A stretch of DNA of 39,951 nucleotides from Octopus bimaculoides (GCF_001194135.2 NC_068988.1:93925330-93965280), one strand, 5' to 3'; counted from the stretch's first letter, positions 12,401 to 24,046 are shown. Translations and numbers: made by a program. The notes: generated by a model from the sequence alone, not told the origin.

Positions 12401-13299
12401 GAGAAAACTACGTTTGTCGAGTGTGAGTTGATAGAAAGTTATTGCTGGAAGATTTTTTCTTTAGTCTGAAGTGGGTATTGTGTTATCGTTTAAAGTTTAA
12501 TCAAGCGTGGAAATAACTCTTTACAGGGGTGGTTTCAGTTTAGACGTGTGAAATTCAGGTCACGGTATTCTTATTATAGAAAGTGGGGTTTTATTGTGTT
12601 TCAGACTTTACAAAAAATTATTTCTGTATGAATTAGTTGGTCTCCCAAAGTATTTAGCTTTAATGTCCATATATGTTTTGATAGTGAGGCATAATTTTTC
12701 TTGCATGGCTTACGGTATGCGTGTTGATTAGTTAGTTGAACTGGTTATTTAGACCTACCTGTCAACTGAAGTTGGTTAATAACAGTGGATAAACTTACAA
12801 TATTATTTTCTGGAGAACCTATTCTAAGGTGATTATGCAATCGTCTAAGTAGCGATTACCGCACGACGTACTTGTACACGTTAGTGAAAAACGTGTAAAG
12901 ATTATGTAACTTATGATTTTATAATACAGAGTCTAACCTAGTCTCGTGTTATTCTGCTATCGGATACATACGTATATCTAAACATATATACACAAAAAGA
13001 AATCTTTTGATCATACATGGAAAGAAATAAAACTCACCGAGTAAAATCACAACAGAACTAAAAGGACTAAAGTCTCATTATAGTTGGAGGAAACGACTGG
13101 AAGTGAAGAGCGAGGCACTTAATTGAAAAGACCGACAGGGAGTGGCTCGCTATGGTGGTGGTAGCAAGTGGAGAAATTCTGAGAGAGGACAAGAAAGGTA
13201 TGAATAAATGTGAAAGAGAGCAGGTAAAGAATTAAGAGAGGGATAGAAATGAACGTCGAGAGAATAAGAAATATAAGTAGAATGAAATAGAAATATTGG

Positions 13300-13501
13300 T
13301 TTCTTATTTGGGTACAAGGCCAGCAACTTTTCGGGAGTGGGTAAGAAGATTACATCGACCCCAGTGGTATTTGTTTTATCGACCCAGAAAGAATTAAAGG
13401 CAAAGTTGAATTCGGCGGGATTGGAATCTAGAACGTAAAGACGGACGAAATGCCGCTTTGCATTCTGCTTGACGCGCTAACGATTGTGACAGCTTCTCGC
13501 C
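13300..13501 (-). mobile_element. tRNA-derived SINE family A, diverged near-full-length copy
   Basis: The reverse complement aligns with 14153-14370 from the head (GGCGAG..AATCGTTAGC) through the core (CTTTGCCTTT..GGGTCGATAAA) to the tail (GGCCTTGT). Confidence 0.7.
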
Positions 13502-14152
13502 TAATACAAGACAGAAATATTAAAATAGTTGTGAGAATGAGAGAGAAAGACGAGAAAAGGAAAGAAAGATAGGATGAGAGATAAAGGAAAGATAGAATGG
13601 GAAGAACTTCGATAAATGAGCGAAAATGTTGGATTATAAACATATTTGGATATCAACATGTCTATTCAGCTTTGAAAAGACTACACAAATCATGTATGCA
13701 CTATGAGCGATTCCTTTACTAAACACACACATACGGGCTTTTATGACTACCTTATTTTGTGTCTAAGCCTACGACTACATTTATATATTTCAGGTTAATA
13801 TTCAATCTTTGTTACTTCTCTTTGGATATCTTATATTTTAGGCGCGGACTTGCTTTTCGCTTCCCACTCAATCGACCATCCAACTTCTTGTCGTTTGGCT
13901 TCCATCTTAGGTTTGCAAAAATACTTATTATATAAATATTTTTACCGACCATCTGACTGTGGCTTTGATCCTAATCACTACTTCGATGGAACTTTCTTAA
14001 TTTCTTCCCTTGTCTTTATTGACGAAGGACCACAGTGTGAAACGTTAGATATTTCTACTCTATTTCCTTACAATGTAACATTCCTGATCGCGTTTTGTTG
14101 TTGGATTTGTTTCTAATATTTTAATTGTGTTCACATTATTTCTCATCTTCCA

Positions 14153-14370
14153 GGTCGGCGAGCTGGCAGAATCGTTAGCACGCCGGGCAAAATGCTTAAC
14201 GGCATTTCGTCTGTCTTTACGTTCCGAGTTCAAATTCCGCCGAGGTCGACTTTGCCTTTCATCCTTTCGAGGTCGATGAAATAAGTACTAGTTACGCACT
14301 GGTATCGATGTAATCACCTGGCCCTCTTCCCCAAAATTTCGGGCCTTGTGCCTAGAGTAGAAAGGATTAT
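14153..14370 (+). mobile_element. tRNA-derived SINE family A, full-length
   Basis: A-box-like AGCTGGCAGAATCGTTAG, B-box GAGTTCAAATTCC, core GTCGACTTTGCCTTTCATCCTTTCG.GGTCGAT and tail GGGCCTTGTGCCTAGAGTAGAAA. Closely similar to 35839-36055. Confidence 0.9.
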
Positions 14371-15903
14371 TTCTCTTCTCCCTTGTCTGAAGCATTGGTA
14401 CTTTCTAAACTTCCCTTTGTCTCGTTCAGCATTTGACTCTTTTCTTCGCTCTGTACAACACCCACATACATCTCATTCGTTTACGTCAGTGTCTTCACCA
14501 TTTACCAGGTGGGAGCGACTTACTCCATACTCTTCCCTCCTTGACGAAGGCTAAATCTCGAAACACTGGGCACTTCAGTTCCCAAAGCGCTCGAACTAGC
14601 CAAACCCTTCTAGAAAAAATACAACGGTTTACTTCTCTTCTCAAACGCATCAAAACATGATACATCGCTGGGGTCCGATGAAGAACAGCTGCATCGGTTG
14701 CCTTTGACCGTTCGAGTATGTCTTTAAGGCAATTTCAATTTTCAGTTAACATATTTTCATTAGCAACTCTACTTCGTAGATACAAGTATGTTCCAGCCTC
14801 ACATAACTCTTCAATTAATAAGGTGGCAAAATATGTCATTACATTCTATTTACTTCATATAATCAATAATATAAGCGCATAGAATGATTGATTCTGCATT
14901 TATGACAGAAGAGTCGAAACCCAATGGTATATTTCCGCGGAAAAAGTTTTGATTCTCTGCTGGTATCCTTCAATACTCTCTATAAATCTAAACTGAAGTG
15001 TTTATTAAAGAAATCACTAACAGTGTGTACATGGTTACTAATCTTTCTAAAACTGGAAAGACATGTCGATAACTGAATTAGAGAAAACTCGAATAGTAAA
15101 ATCAACAGTGGGCGTAAGAAGATAAATATATTTTGAGAACTGAATATAATAAACTGACATTTAGGAGTCATGTTGTCCATGGCTGTAATTATTATTATTA
15201 TTATTATGGTAATAATAAAAACTGAAATATCAACATATATCAACCAAGAGAAAAAAAAAACATATCACCTACGATGTGTTAACTTTGCAAAACATATCAA
15301 ATATGATAACATTTACAACTCAACTCAAATAAACTCAACGCTTATCCATCGTTTGTCGATAACTTGGAGTATTCGAACCATCATAATAAAAACTATCGTA
15401 ATAAAAAAGTGTTTAACTAATTTTACTAGCGATATTCACAAATCATTTTGTACTAATATTATAATAGTTAAAGATCTATACTTATAAACAGTATCGTTAG
15501 TTTACCGTTGTGCATAACGCTAACTTCTTTCTCATTGATCCGGTGGCTTGCTCGAACCCAGGCACTGTTTATTATCTTTATTACTTCTCAGGATAACATT
15601 CCATTCAAAAGAGAACGTATGAATAGATTTGGTGAAATAAGCTAATGAAATAAAAATTTAAAATTTCTCTGTACGTAATTGCATCAAAATATTTCTGAAA
15701 TAAAAGTGACTTCAACAATGGAGGGAATTTAATAAAAGAATTTATGGAAAAAATTTAATTTCTATTCTTTTTTTCTATAAAGGACATTTAATTATACAGA
15801 TATGTGTGTATGTGTGCATTTTTACGTGCGCGTGAGTGTATGTACACAGATAAGTATATATGCATATATGAGCATGTTTGTGTGTATTTATGTATATGTG
15901 TGC

Positions 15904-15904
<1 letters not shown>

Positions 15905-15954
<50 letters not shown>

Positions 15955-15974
15955 CATCCATCTCTCTCTCTCTC

Positions 15975-16028
<54 letters not shown>

Positions 16029-16062
16029 CACACATACATATAATTATATATATATATGTATA

Positions 16063-16090
<28 letters not shown>
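15905..16090. repeat. Compound microsatellite (ATCT)n-(CT)n-(AT)n-(AC)n
   Basis: Read directly from the sequence; representative of many such tracts in the window. Confidence 0.95.
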
Positions 16091-16114
<24 letters not shown>

Positions 16115-16272
16115 CCCCCTCCACACACATTCTACATGCATGGCTCGTATATTCTAAAACAAACACACTCACACCAACACATTCTCACGTTATGCACATA
16201 TATGAGATATACGAGCGTTAATAAATAATATATAAACTATATGCATGCCATGGATTATATACACGTGTGATT

Positions 16273-16306
<34 letters not shown>

Positions 16307-16385
16307 GTATATATATATATATATATATGTATATGTATATATGCATATATGTATATATATATATATATATGTGTGTGTTTGTGTT

Positions 16386-16423
<38 letters not shown>

Positions 16424-16901
16424 NNNNNNNNNNNNNNNNNNNNNNNNNNNNNNNNNNNNNNNNNNNNNNNNNNNNNNNNNNNNNNNNNNNNNNNNNNNNN
16501 NNNNNNNNNNNNNNNNNNNNNNNNNNNNNNNNNNNNNNNNNNNNNNNNNNNNNNNNNNNNNNNNNNNNNNNNNNNNNNNNNNNNNNNNNNNNNNNNNNNN
16601 NNNNNNNNNNNNNNNNNNNNNNNNNNNNNNNNNNNNNNNNNNNNNNNNNNNNNNNNNNNNNNNNNNNNNNNNNNNNNNNNNNNNNNNNNNNNNNNNNNNN
16701 NNNNNNNNNNNNNNNNNNNNNNNNNNNNNNNNNNNNNNNNNNNNNNNNNNNNNNNNNNNNNNNNNNNNNNNNNNNNNNNNNNNNNNNNNNNNNNNNNNNN
16801 NNNNNNNNNNNNNNNNNNNNNNNNNNNNNNNNNNNNNNNNNNNNNNNNNNNNNNNNNNNNNNNNNNNNNNNNNNNNNNNNNNNNNNNNNNNNNNNNNNNN
16901 N
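16424..16901. other. Assembly gap (478 N) flanked by (TA)n
   Basis: Run of N. Confidence 0.99.
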
Positions 16902-16948
<47 letters not shown>

Positions 16949-17939
16949 GTATATATACATACTCACACACACATATATATGTATGTATATACGTATGTAT
17001 GCATTCATTTATTTAAATTTATTAATTAAATGGCAGTGTAAAATTAATGAGGGAACATTTACTGATGAGGAGAGATATTACTGAGATGTGAATCAAATTA
17101 TAAAATTTCAAATTGTCTGAGACATATTAAAACTCGTTGGATAAACTGCCTGGCAAAACCAGAAATCTCTGTCAGTACGAAATTGACAATACTTATATAA
17201 AGGACTGGATCAAGACCCGTGTAGACCCTAAGATTTCGATGCCTCTATATAGTTGTAATAAAAAATTTAAACAATAAGAAACCATAAAATATATTTTTAT
17301 AATTCGAAATGAGACAAAAGTAACCCTAAGGTCGAAAGTAATGTTTATTTTTGAATACTTCCGCTTTATTTATATTTGAACATTTTTCTAATTATTTTAA
17401 TTGCAAAGTCTTTGATCAAAATCCTCATTATGACACTATAAACACTTCGAAATTATATTTCCGATCGCATAAACCATTTCGAATACAATTTAGATTTTTT
17501 AAAAATGATTTCTTTTGTTCCGTAAGCTGTTTACTATTTCTGTGGCACGCTCTTCCCTTGGTTCCCGAATAACGTGCTTCTTTTGTTTAATGGTTAACCC
17601 GGCGCTTCTTATATAAATACTTAAATATCATACACACGCATATATCCATATACATATCAATAATATGTACTAATATGTGAGCGTGTATGTGTGTATGCGT
17701 GTGTGTGTGTATGAGTTTGTACTTGACATTGTTTGTGCAAACAAAAACGCAGGTTCGAGCGGTTCGACAAATTGCGATCAAATATGAGTCAGCCTGAAAT
17801 AAGTCCTAGGGATGGAAGCGACATTAACGACTAAATCATTGAAGACAGTACACCACTTTGGACACAACCTGCTAATCATACATACACATACACATACATA
17901 CATACACAGATACATACATACCGACATACTGACATATAT

Positions 17940-17974
<35 letters not shown>

Positions 17975-17979
17975 TAAGA

Positions 17980-18978
17980 NNNNNNNNNNNNNNNNNNNNN
18001 NNNNNNNNNNNNNNNNNNNNNNNNNNNNNNNNNNNNNNNNNNNNNNNNNNNNNNNNNNNNNNNNNNNNNNNNNNNNNNNNNNNNNNNNNNNNNNNNNNNN
18101 NNNNNNNNNNNNNNNNNNNNNNNNNNNNNNNNNNNNNNNNNNNNNNNNNNNNNNNNNNNNNNNNNNNNNNNNNNNNNNNNNNNNNNNNNNNNNNNNNNNN
18201 NNNNNNNNNNNNNNNNNNNNNNNNNNNNNNNNNNNNNNNNNNNNNNNNNNNNNNNNNNNNNNNNNNNNNNNNNNNNNNNNNNNNNNNNNNNNNNNNNNNN
18301 NNNNNNNNNNNNNNNNNNNNNNNNNNNNNNNNNNNNNNNNNNNNNNNNNNNNNNNNNNNNNNNNNNNNNNNNNNNNNNNNNNNNNNNNNNNNNNNNNNNN
18401 NNNNNNNNNNNNNNNNNNNNNNNNNNNNNNNNNNNNNNNNNNNNNNNNNNNNNNNNNNNNNNNNNNNNNNNNNNNNNNNNNNNNNNNNNNNNNNNNNNNN
18501 NNNNNNNNNNNNNNNNNNNNNNNNNNNNNNNNNNNNNNNNNNNNNNNNNNNNNNNNNNNNNNNNNNNNNNNNNNNNNNNNNNNNNNNNNNNNNNNNNNNN
18601 NNNNNNNNNNNNNNNNNNNNNNNNNNNNNNNNNNNNNNNNNNNNNNNNNNNNNNNNNNNNNNNNNNNNNNNNNNNNNNNNNNNNNNNNNNNNNNNNNNNN
18701 NNNNNNNNNNNNNNNNNNNNNNNNNNNNNNNNNNNNNNNNNNNNNNNNNNNNNNNNNNNNNNNNNNNNNNNNNNNNNNNNNNNNNNNNNNNNNNNNNNNN
18801 NNNNNNNNNNNNNNNNNNNNNNNNNNNNNNNNNNNNNNNNNNNNNNNNNNNNNNNNNNNNNNNNNNNNNNNNNNNNNNNNNNNNNNNNNNNNNNNNNNNN
18901 NNNNNNNNNNNNNNNNNNNNNNNNNNNNNNNNNNNNNNNNNNNNNNNNNNNNNNNNNNNNNNNNNNNNNNNNNNNNNN
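17980..18978. other. Assembly gap (999 N)
   Basis: Run of N. Confidence 0.99.
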
Positions 18979-19828
18979 TAGACAAGAGCATCGTGGGAGG
19001 CAGACAGGAGATAAGATATTAAATTTAAATATATCTTAGAATACTTTCTGATTAACAGTTGTTTTTCTTTGATGCTTCTTAAGATTAGACAGCCACATTA
19101 TTTGTATTATTGCCTGTTTAAATGTATAAGCATTTAGAAATGTATACCCGCAAACAGTAACTGATACACATTATATTTATGTATGTATGTATGTTTTTAT
19201 ATACATACATACACACATATATATTCACATATATACATACACACATGTATGAATGTATGAATGCATGTATGTAAGTATGTATGTTTGTATGTATGTATAT
19301 GATGGAATCTCTGTCTAGTTTACCCGATGGCAAATTTAATATTGTCTCTCAGAAATATGTATGCTGTACGCTGAATATGATAAACAATATCAAAATTATA
19401 GAAAATATTGTAAATATGTGAGTATATAAAACATAGATACAATATATATTTTACAGTTCTATATTTAAGAGATGAGGAATTATGTACATTATTTACATTA
19501 TTTACATTTGACGGATATTTGTCCTTATCTTGTTTGTTGTCATATTTTATATAATTTCAAACATTACATTATGTTAAGTTAATACTAAATCATAGATGAG
19601 CTTAGAAATGTCGGAGACGATAACTTGCCACTATGAGTTAATAAATCTATGATGTTCCACTAATCCATACTTTTCCTTTGAAAGTTCCGTGGTTACTGAA
19701 GAGGGACTGAAACCACATCAGATGGGTTGTTAATACCACCGTTACATTTAACAAATGTATCAAGATTAGAACAAATTATTTACATTATTTACATTTGAAG
19801 GATATCTGTCCTCATCTTGTTTGTTATT

Positions 19829-19873
19829 AACACAATGTTCCGGCTGATATACCTTCCAGCCTTCATCAGGTGT

Positions 19874-19874
<1 letters not shown>
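19829..19874 (-). ncRNA. Minimal type I hammerhead-ribozyme-like motif (mutated)
   Basis: GACAC-CUGAUGA-A-GGCUG(loop)CAGCC-GGAA-CAU-U-GUGUU. Stem I, the CUGAUGA core and stem II are intact; GAAA is changed to GGAA and ACGU to ACAU. Confidence 0.45.
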
Positions 19875-19938
<64 letters not shown>

Positions 19939-19990
19939 GCATCAAAAAATACCTCAGGGGTGAGAGAACCCAGGTTCGAAATTTCCCCAA

Positions 19991-20036
19991 GACACCCGAT
20001 GAAGGCTGGAGAGTATATCAGCCGAAACGTTGTGTT
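19991..20036 (+). ncRNA. Minimal type I hammerhead-ribozyme-like motif (U4C)
   Basis: GACAC-CCGAUGA-A-GGCUG(loop)CAGCC-GAAA-CGU-U-GUGUU, with a palindromic ACGU in place of stem III and a GUU triplet. The core has C at U4. Confidence 0.45.
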
Positions 20037-20849
20037 AACAACAAACAAGATGAGGAAAAATATCCTTCAAATGTAAATAATGTAAATAATGTACATAATT
20101 CCTCATCTCTTAAATATAGAACTGTAGAACAAATTAGTTTGGAAAATTAATAATCGAGTTTTGACAACTTACCTTACTGTTGCTTCTTTCGGACTCTGAT
20201 CTTTCTTAATGCTCTAAAATGTTGATAATATTCTGGAATATCTGCTTCTGTTGATTAGTCATTGTACAAAATAACATTATAAAGGGATTTTCGTATATCA
20301 CTTAGGGTTTCTTAGCCAATCGTCCGTTGTCTTCCCTGCTGTCGCTGCTCAGTTTCTGTGTCTTTCAACCGAATGTGAATATTGTCTTCTATGGCGTCTG
20401 TTCCATTTGCTCTCTCAGGAATAAAACGAAAATATTTTGCCCTGAATCCTACAAAGTCGTCTCCCACCTCAACACCATACAGAAGTGTTTTCTTCCAATC
20501 AATATCTTGAGTACTATTCTTCAGTGCCTTCCATGTAGCTGCTAACTGAACACTGTAGAGCTGAAGATGCAATTGGGGTGTCACTGAGAGTTCTTCGTGC
20601 TTGTGTATCTTCTTTCTACAAGATCGTCTTTTTCTATCACTTCATGAACTTAGGTTATATGTTTCGTTAGAGACATATAACTCTTACTGGTAATATTTAC
20701 ACTTTGTCACATTGGATGCATCATTGAAAAAACTTTAGATGACAAAAACATAGACCTTATTCTACCGTCATTACTGTTAAGTTAGTATTTCCTAAAACTT
20801 ATAGTTAATGATAGTTGAGAAGTCAACAAGTCCACGTGTTTTAAAAGAC

Positions 20850-21600
20850 AATACATCTTCCACCACCACATTGTTATTATTCTAAGTAATTGTGCTTCAA
20901 AATACATATCTTTAATGTCTGATTTTCATCACATTTCATTCCTCAAACGATATGTTGATGAGATGAACACATTACTGATTGTGAGCAATACTTCTGAATT
21001 GTAAATTATGGTAACTTCCTTAATAGAGTGTGTTGTAAAGATGGGAACACTGTCTTTATGCAGTGGATCTTGGATGTATCTGCCCGGAGAGACCCTACTA
21101 TCATAGGTCGTACTGAATCAACAGCACTGCTATTGGTTATTGTTATGAATTGTTCCTATCCTGTGTTTCTTGTTTCATAGATCTAGTAAAGACAAAGGAA
21201 CGCTTACGTGGTCGCCAGTACGAGTAGAAATAACAGCATCCAAATGTCTCTCGAATAAAATCATGCTATTTTAAACAAGAAGGCTGTAGTAGGAAAACGT
21301 AATTCTTGATACTCCCTAAACGGGAAAATGGTCATGGCCCTACCTATTTTTCAGGAGTATTGGTACTATTATATGATGAAATACAGAGACTGACGATGCA
21401 ATTCATATTAGAAGCATTGTTCGTAAATCAAGTCAGAGTTTTATTAGAGAGACTAAACCAGTGAATAACATGGTATGCCTATCCCTCGTGAATGGGTTAA
21501 TGATTTATTGAGGATTTGTTGTCCAGGGACAAATTATGTTGGATTTCAATGCTTGAATGTGAACTGCCTCATATTCAAATAACAACTGATACAGTTGACT
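20850..21600 (+). mobile_element. Possible highly decayed Penelope-like RT and GIY-YIG remnant
   Basis: FLKRYVDEMNTLL (about 20935-20975) resembles RYVDD. KDGNTVF..ILDV (about 21040-21080) resembles E.DG.LPFLDV. LLRICCPGTNYVG (about 21505-21545) resembles the GIY-YIG YxIxCxxC..YVG. The pieces are in the expected order but contain many stops. Confidence 0.35.
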
Positions 21601-21745
21601 TAGGCCATGCCTCATTAATACATCTGGACCCACAAGCGATAAAGGGCTGAGTGAATCCGGGTATAATTTGAAACAGACTCACAGGCTCCAGATTTTAATG
21701 TGTCTCCTTTTAATCCCTTTCGTGTCTTTAGTCCAGCAAATCGAG

Positions 21746-21796
21746 TAGATCGGTGTTAGACCGGTGTTAGACCGGTGTTAGATCGGTGTTAGACCG
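21746..21796. repeat. Tandem repeat, 11-bp unit TAGAYCGGTGT x4.6
   Basis: Read directly from the sequence. Confidence 0.9.
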
Positions 21797-22378
21797 CAGT
21801 CCAGCAGGATGATTGCTCGTCTCCCCTCTATAAAACACTTTTGTGTCATTCGTTAAAACAATTTTCCTCGACTTCATTCAACTAGATGCAAATAGGTACC
21901 ATGTGTGGTATCTAAGTTATGGCTTACCGTTGAAAAAAAACAAAACAATAAAAGAAAATAAAAAGAACGAGAGTACTATGTACTTAAATGATGTTTGGCT
22001 AACTCCTAGTGTTCAGCTTGGGTCCCCTTATATTAGAAAGGCACTAATATATACTGTTTAAGAAACCCTGAAGTTGTAAGGGCTATTAAAAGTTGAATCT
22101 CCATACAACATGTTGCACTGTATAAGACAGAATGAATTATTTAGCAAATGAATAAACAAGGAAATGGAAGAAGCTGACGAGGAAGAGAAAGAAACAAGCA
22201 TAGACATATCGACCTCCTACTGTTCCACTCCCATTAGTATGTAATTCAAATGGTATAAGAGCATTATTTTATTTCGTAATTATATACAGCTATTCAACTA
22301 TGCTGGGGCAGTTGACTAAATCGTGGGGACGACAATAAAGTAAGTGGACGTCTGAACGACTGGGCAGTTGTATATACA

Positions 22379-22409
<31 letters not shown>

Positions 22410-23108
22410 NNNNNNNNNNNNNNNNNNNNNNNNNNNNNNNNNNNNNNNNNNNNNNNNNNNNNNNNNNNNNNNNNNNNNNNNNNNNNNNNNNNNNNNNNNN
22501 NNNNNNNNNNNNNNNNNNNNNNNNNNNNNNNNNNNNNNNNNNNNNNNNNNNNNNNNNNNNNNNNNNNNNNNNNNNNNNNNNNNNNNNNNNNNNNNNNNNN
22601 NNNNNNNNNNNNNNNNNNNNNNNNNNNNNNNNNNNNNNNNNNNNNNNNNNNNNNNNNNNNNNNNNNNNNNNNNNNNNNNNNNNNNNNNNNNNNNNNNNNN
22701 NNNNNNNNNNNNNNNNNNNNNNNNNNNNNNNNNNNNNNNNNNNNNNNNNNNNNNNNNNNNNNNNNNNNNNNNNNNNNNNNNNNNNNNNNNNNNNNNNNNN
22801 NNNNNNNNNNNNNNNNNNNNNNNNNNNNNNNNNNNNNNNNNNNNNNNNNNNNNNNNNNNNNNNNNNNNNNNNNNNNNNNNNNNNNNNNNNNNNNNNNNNN
22901 NNNNNNNNNNNNNNNNNNNNNNNNNNNNNNNNNNNNNNNNNNNNNNNNNNNNNNNNNNNNNNNNNNNNNNNNNNNNNNNNNNNNNNNNNNNNNNNNNNNN
23001 NNNNNNNNNNNNNNNNNNNNNNNNNNNNNNNNNNNNNNNNNNNNNNNNNNNNNNNNNNNNNNNNNNNNNNNNNNNNNNNNNNNNNNNNNNNNNNNNNNNN
23101 NNNNNNNA
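22410..23108. other. Assembly gap (699 N) flanked by (TA)n
   Basis: Run of N. Confidence 0.99.
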
Positions 23109-23239
23109 TATATATATACTTCTTTTGGGTTTTTGTTTTCTTAATTCTTAGTATCGTAATGAAAAGCCGAAGTTAGTATAACCAGCATATCGGCCAACGA
23201 GTTCCCGGTTCGTATCCCTATCACCGGTACTGAAATATT

Positions 23240-23801
23240 TGTGCACACTGCAGAGGCATTTTGAGTCTCAAAGCTTCAGACACAATGCATCAGGCTGCAA
23301 ACAACACACCAGTGCATACGTCACAAATGTGGAAAGCAGCGTTGCCCTCTTATTCATAGGTATTTGGTTACCTTATAGTGACAACCATTCAATGCAGACA
23401 CAAACAATAGGATTCATCTTCAGAAGCTGGATTGCTGCAATGTACAGCGATATTTGCATGTTGGTCAGCAGAAATGATTACCTGTCGGAATCGTTCAGTT
23501 TCATGCGCTTGGTCCATCAAGGGTGCATTCTCGCCCTTTTTGTACTGATCCTTGAGCCACTACAGCAACAGTTAGAGGATTCGAGGGAAATCCTGCGAAC
23601 TCTATAATGTAGAGGACTCTTGTTTGCGTTTGCCGACGACGTCAGCGTAATAGTGCGGAGCGCCAAACGCATCGAAGTGATCGGTAACATCATGAGGTGG
23701 TAACGAGCAAAAATTATCTAGAAGTCGGTGGGACCGCAACTCGGCATCTGGAGAGGCAGGTCCATGCCATCTAAAAGTATTGTGTGGTACTGTACGGACG
23801 G
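23240..23801 (+). mobile_element. Decayed L1/Tx1-like LINE reverse transcriptase core
   Basis: FRSWIAAMYSDI..RNDYLSESFSFMRLVHQGCIL..VLILEPL..*..FAFADDVSVIV contains the QGxPLS-type and YADD-type motifs. Confidence 0.8.
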
Positions 23802-23933
23802 ACAGTACCACACTATAATGGTGATACTTAGTAAAAAGTTAATTCAGTTCAATTAAAAAAGCATTGTAAGCTACTCTACAATTTTCGAAAATATTTATCT
23901 GCGCGCAGGGTATGCATCACCACTCCGATGCCT

Positions 23934-24010
23934 TCTTTTATAGTCTCTCTCCTTTTATAGTCTCTCTCCTTTTATAGTCTCTCTCCTTTTATAGTCTCTC
24001 TCCTTTTATT
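23934..24010. repeat. Tandem repeat, 17-bp unit CCTTTTATAGTCTCTCT x4.5
   Basis: Read directly from the sequence; it lies just upstream of the hammerhead-bearing repeat. Confidence 0.9.
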
Positions 24011-24046
24011 CTCCCCTCCTCTCTCTCTGTTTATTTCCTCGTGTTC

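Larger units (their letters stand above)
19452..20126. repeat. Nested inverted-repeat element carrying hammerhead-like motifs around an (AAT)n tract
   Basis: Arms 19775-19874 and 19991-20090 are reverse complements (92/100 by hand). 19452-19540 is also the reverse complement of 20038-20126. The spacer holds (AAT)n at about 19878-19937. Confidence 0.85.

Noticed and set aside
19690-19740. CTGAAGA..GAAAC motif near the hammerhead palindrome
   Set aside because: Stem II is at most 1-2 bp and stem I cannot form next to the cleavage triplet.
1494-23144. Many long ORFs in the supplied track (HTHT, CVCV, YIYI, poly-I/L/N, X-rich)
   Set aside because: They are translations of dinucleotide or trinucleotide microsatellites and N-gaps, not genes.
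23161-23230. tRNA-like stretch with a B-box-like GGTTCGTATCCC
   Set aside because: No cloverleaf or acceptor stem; at most a decayed SINE head.
21746-24010. Short direct repeats as possible CRISPR-like arrays
   Set aside because: The units are head-to-tail with no spacers, there are no cas genes, and the context is eukaryotic.
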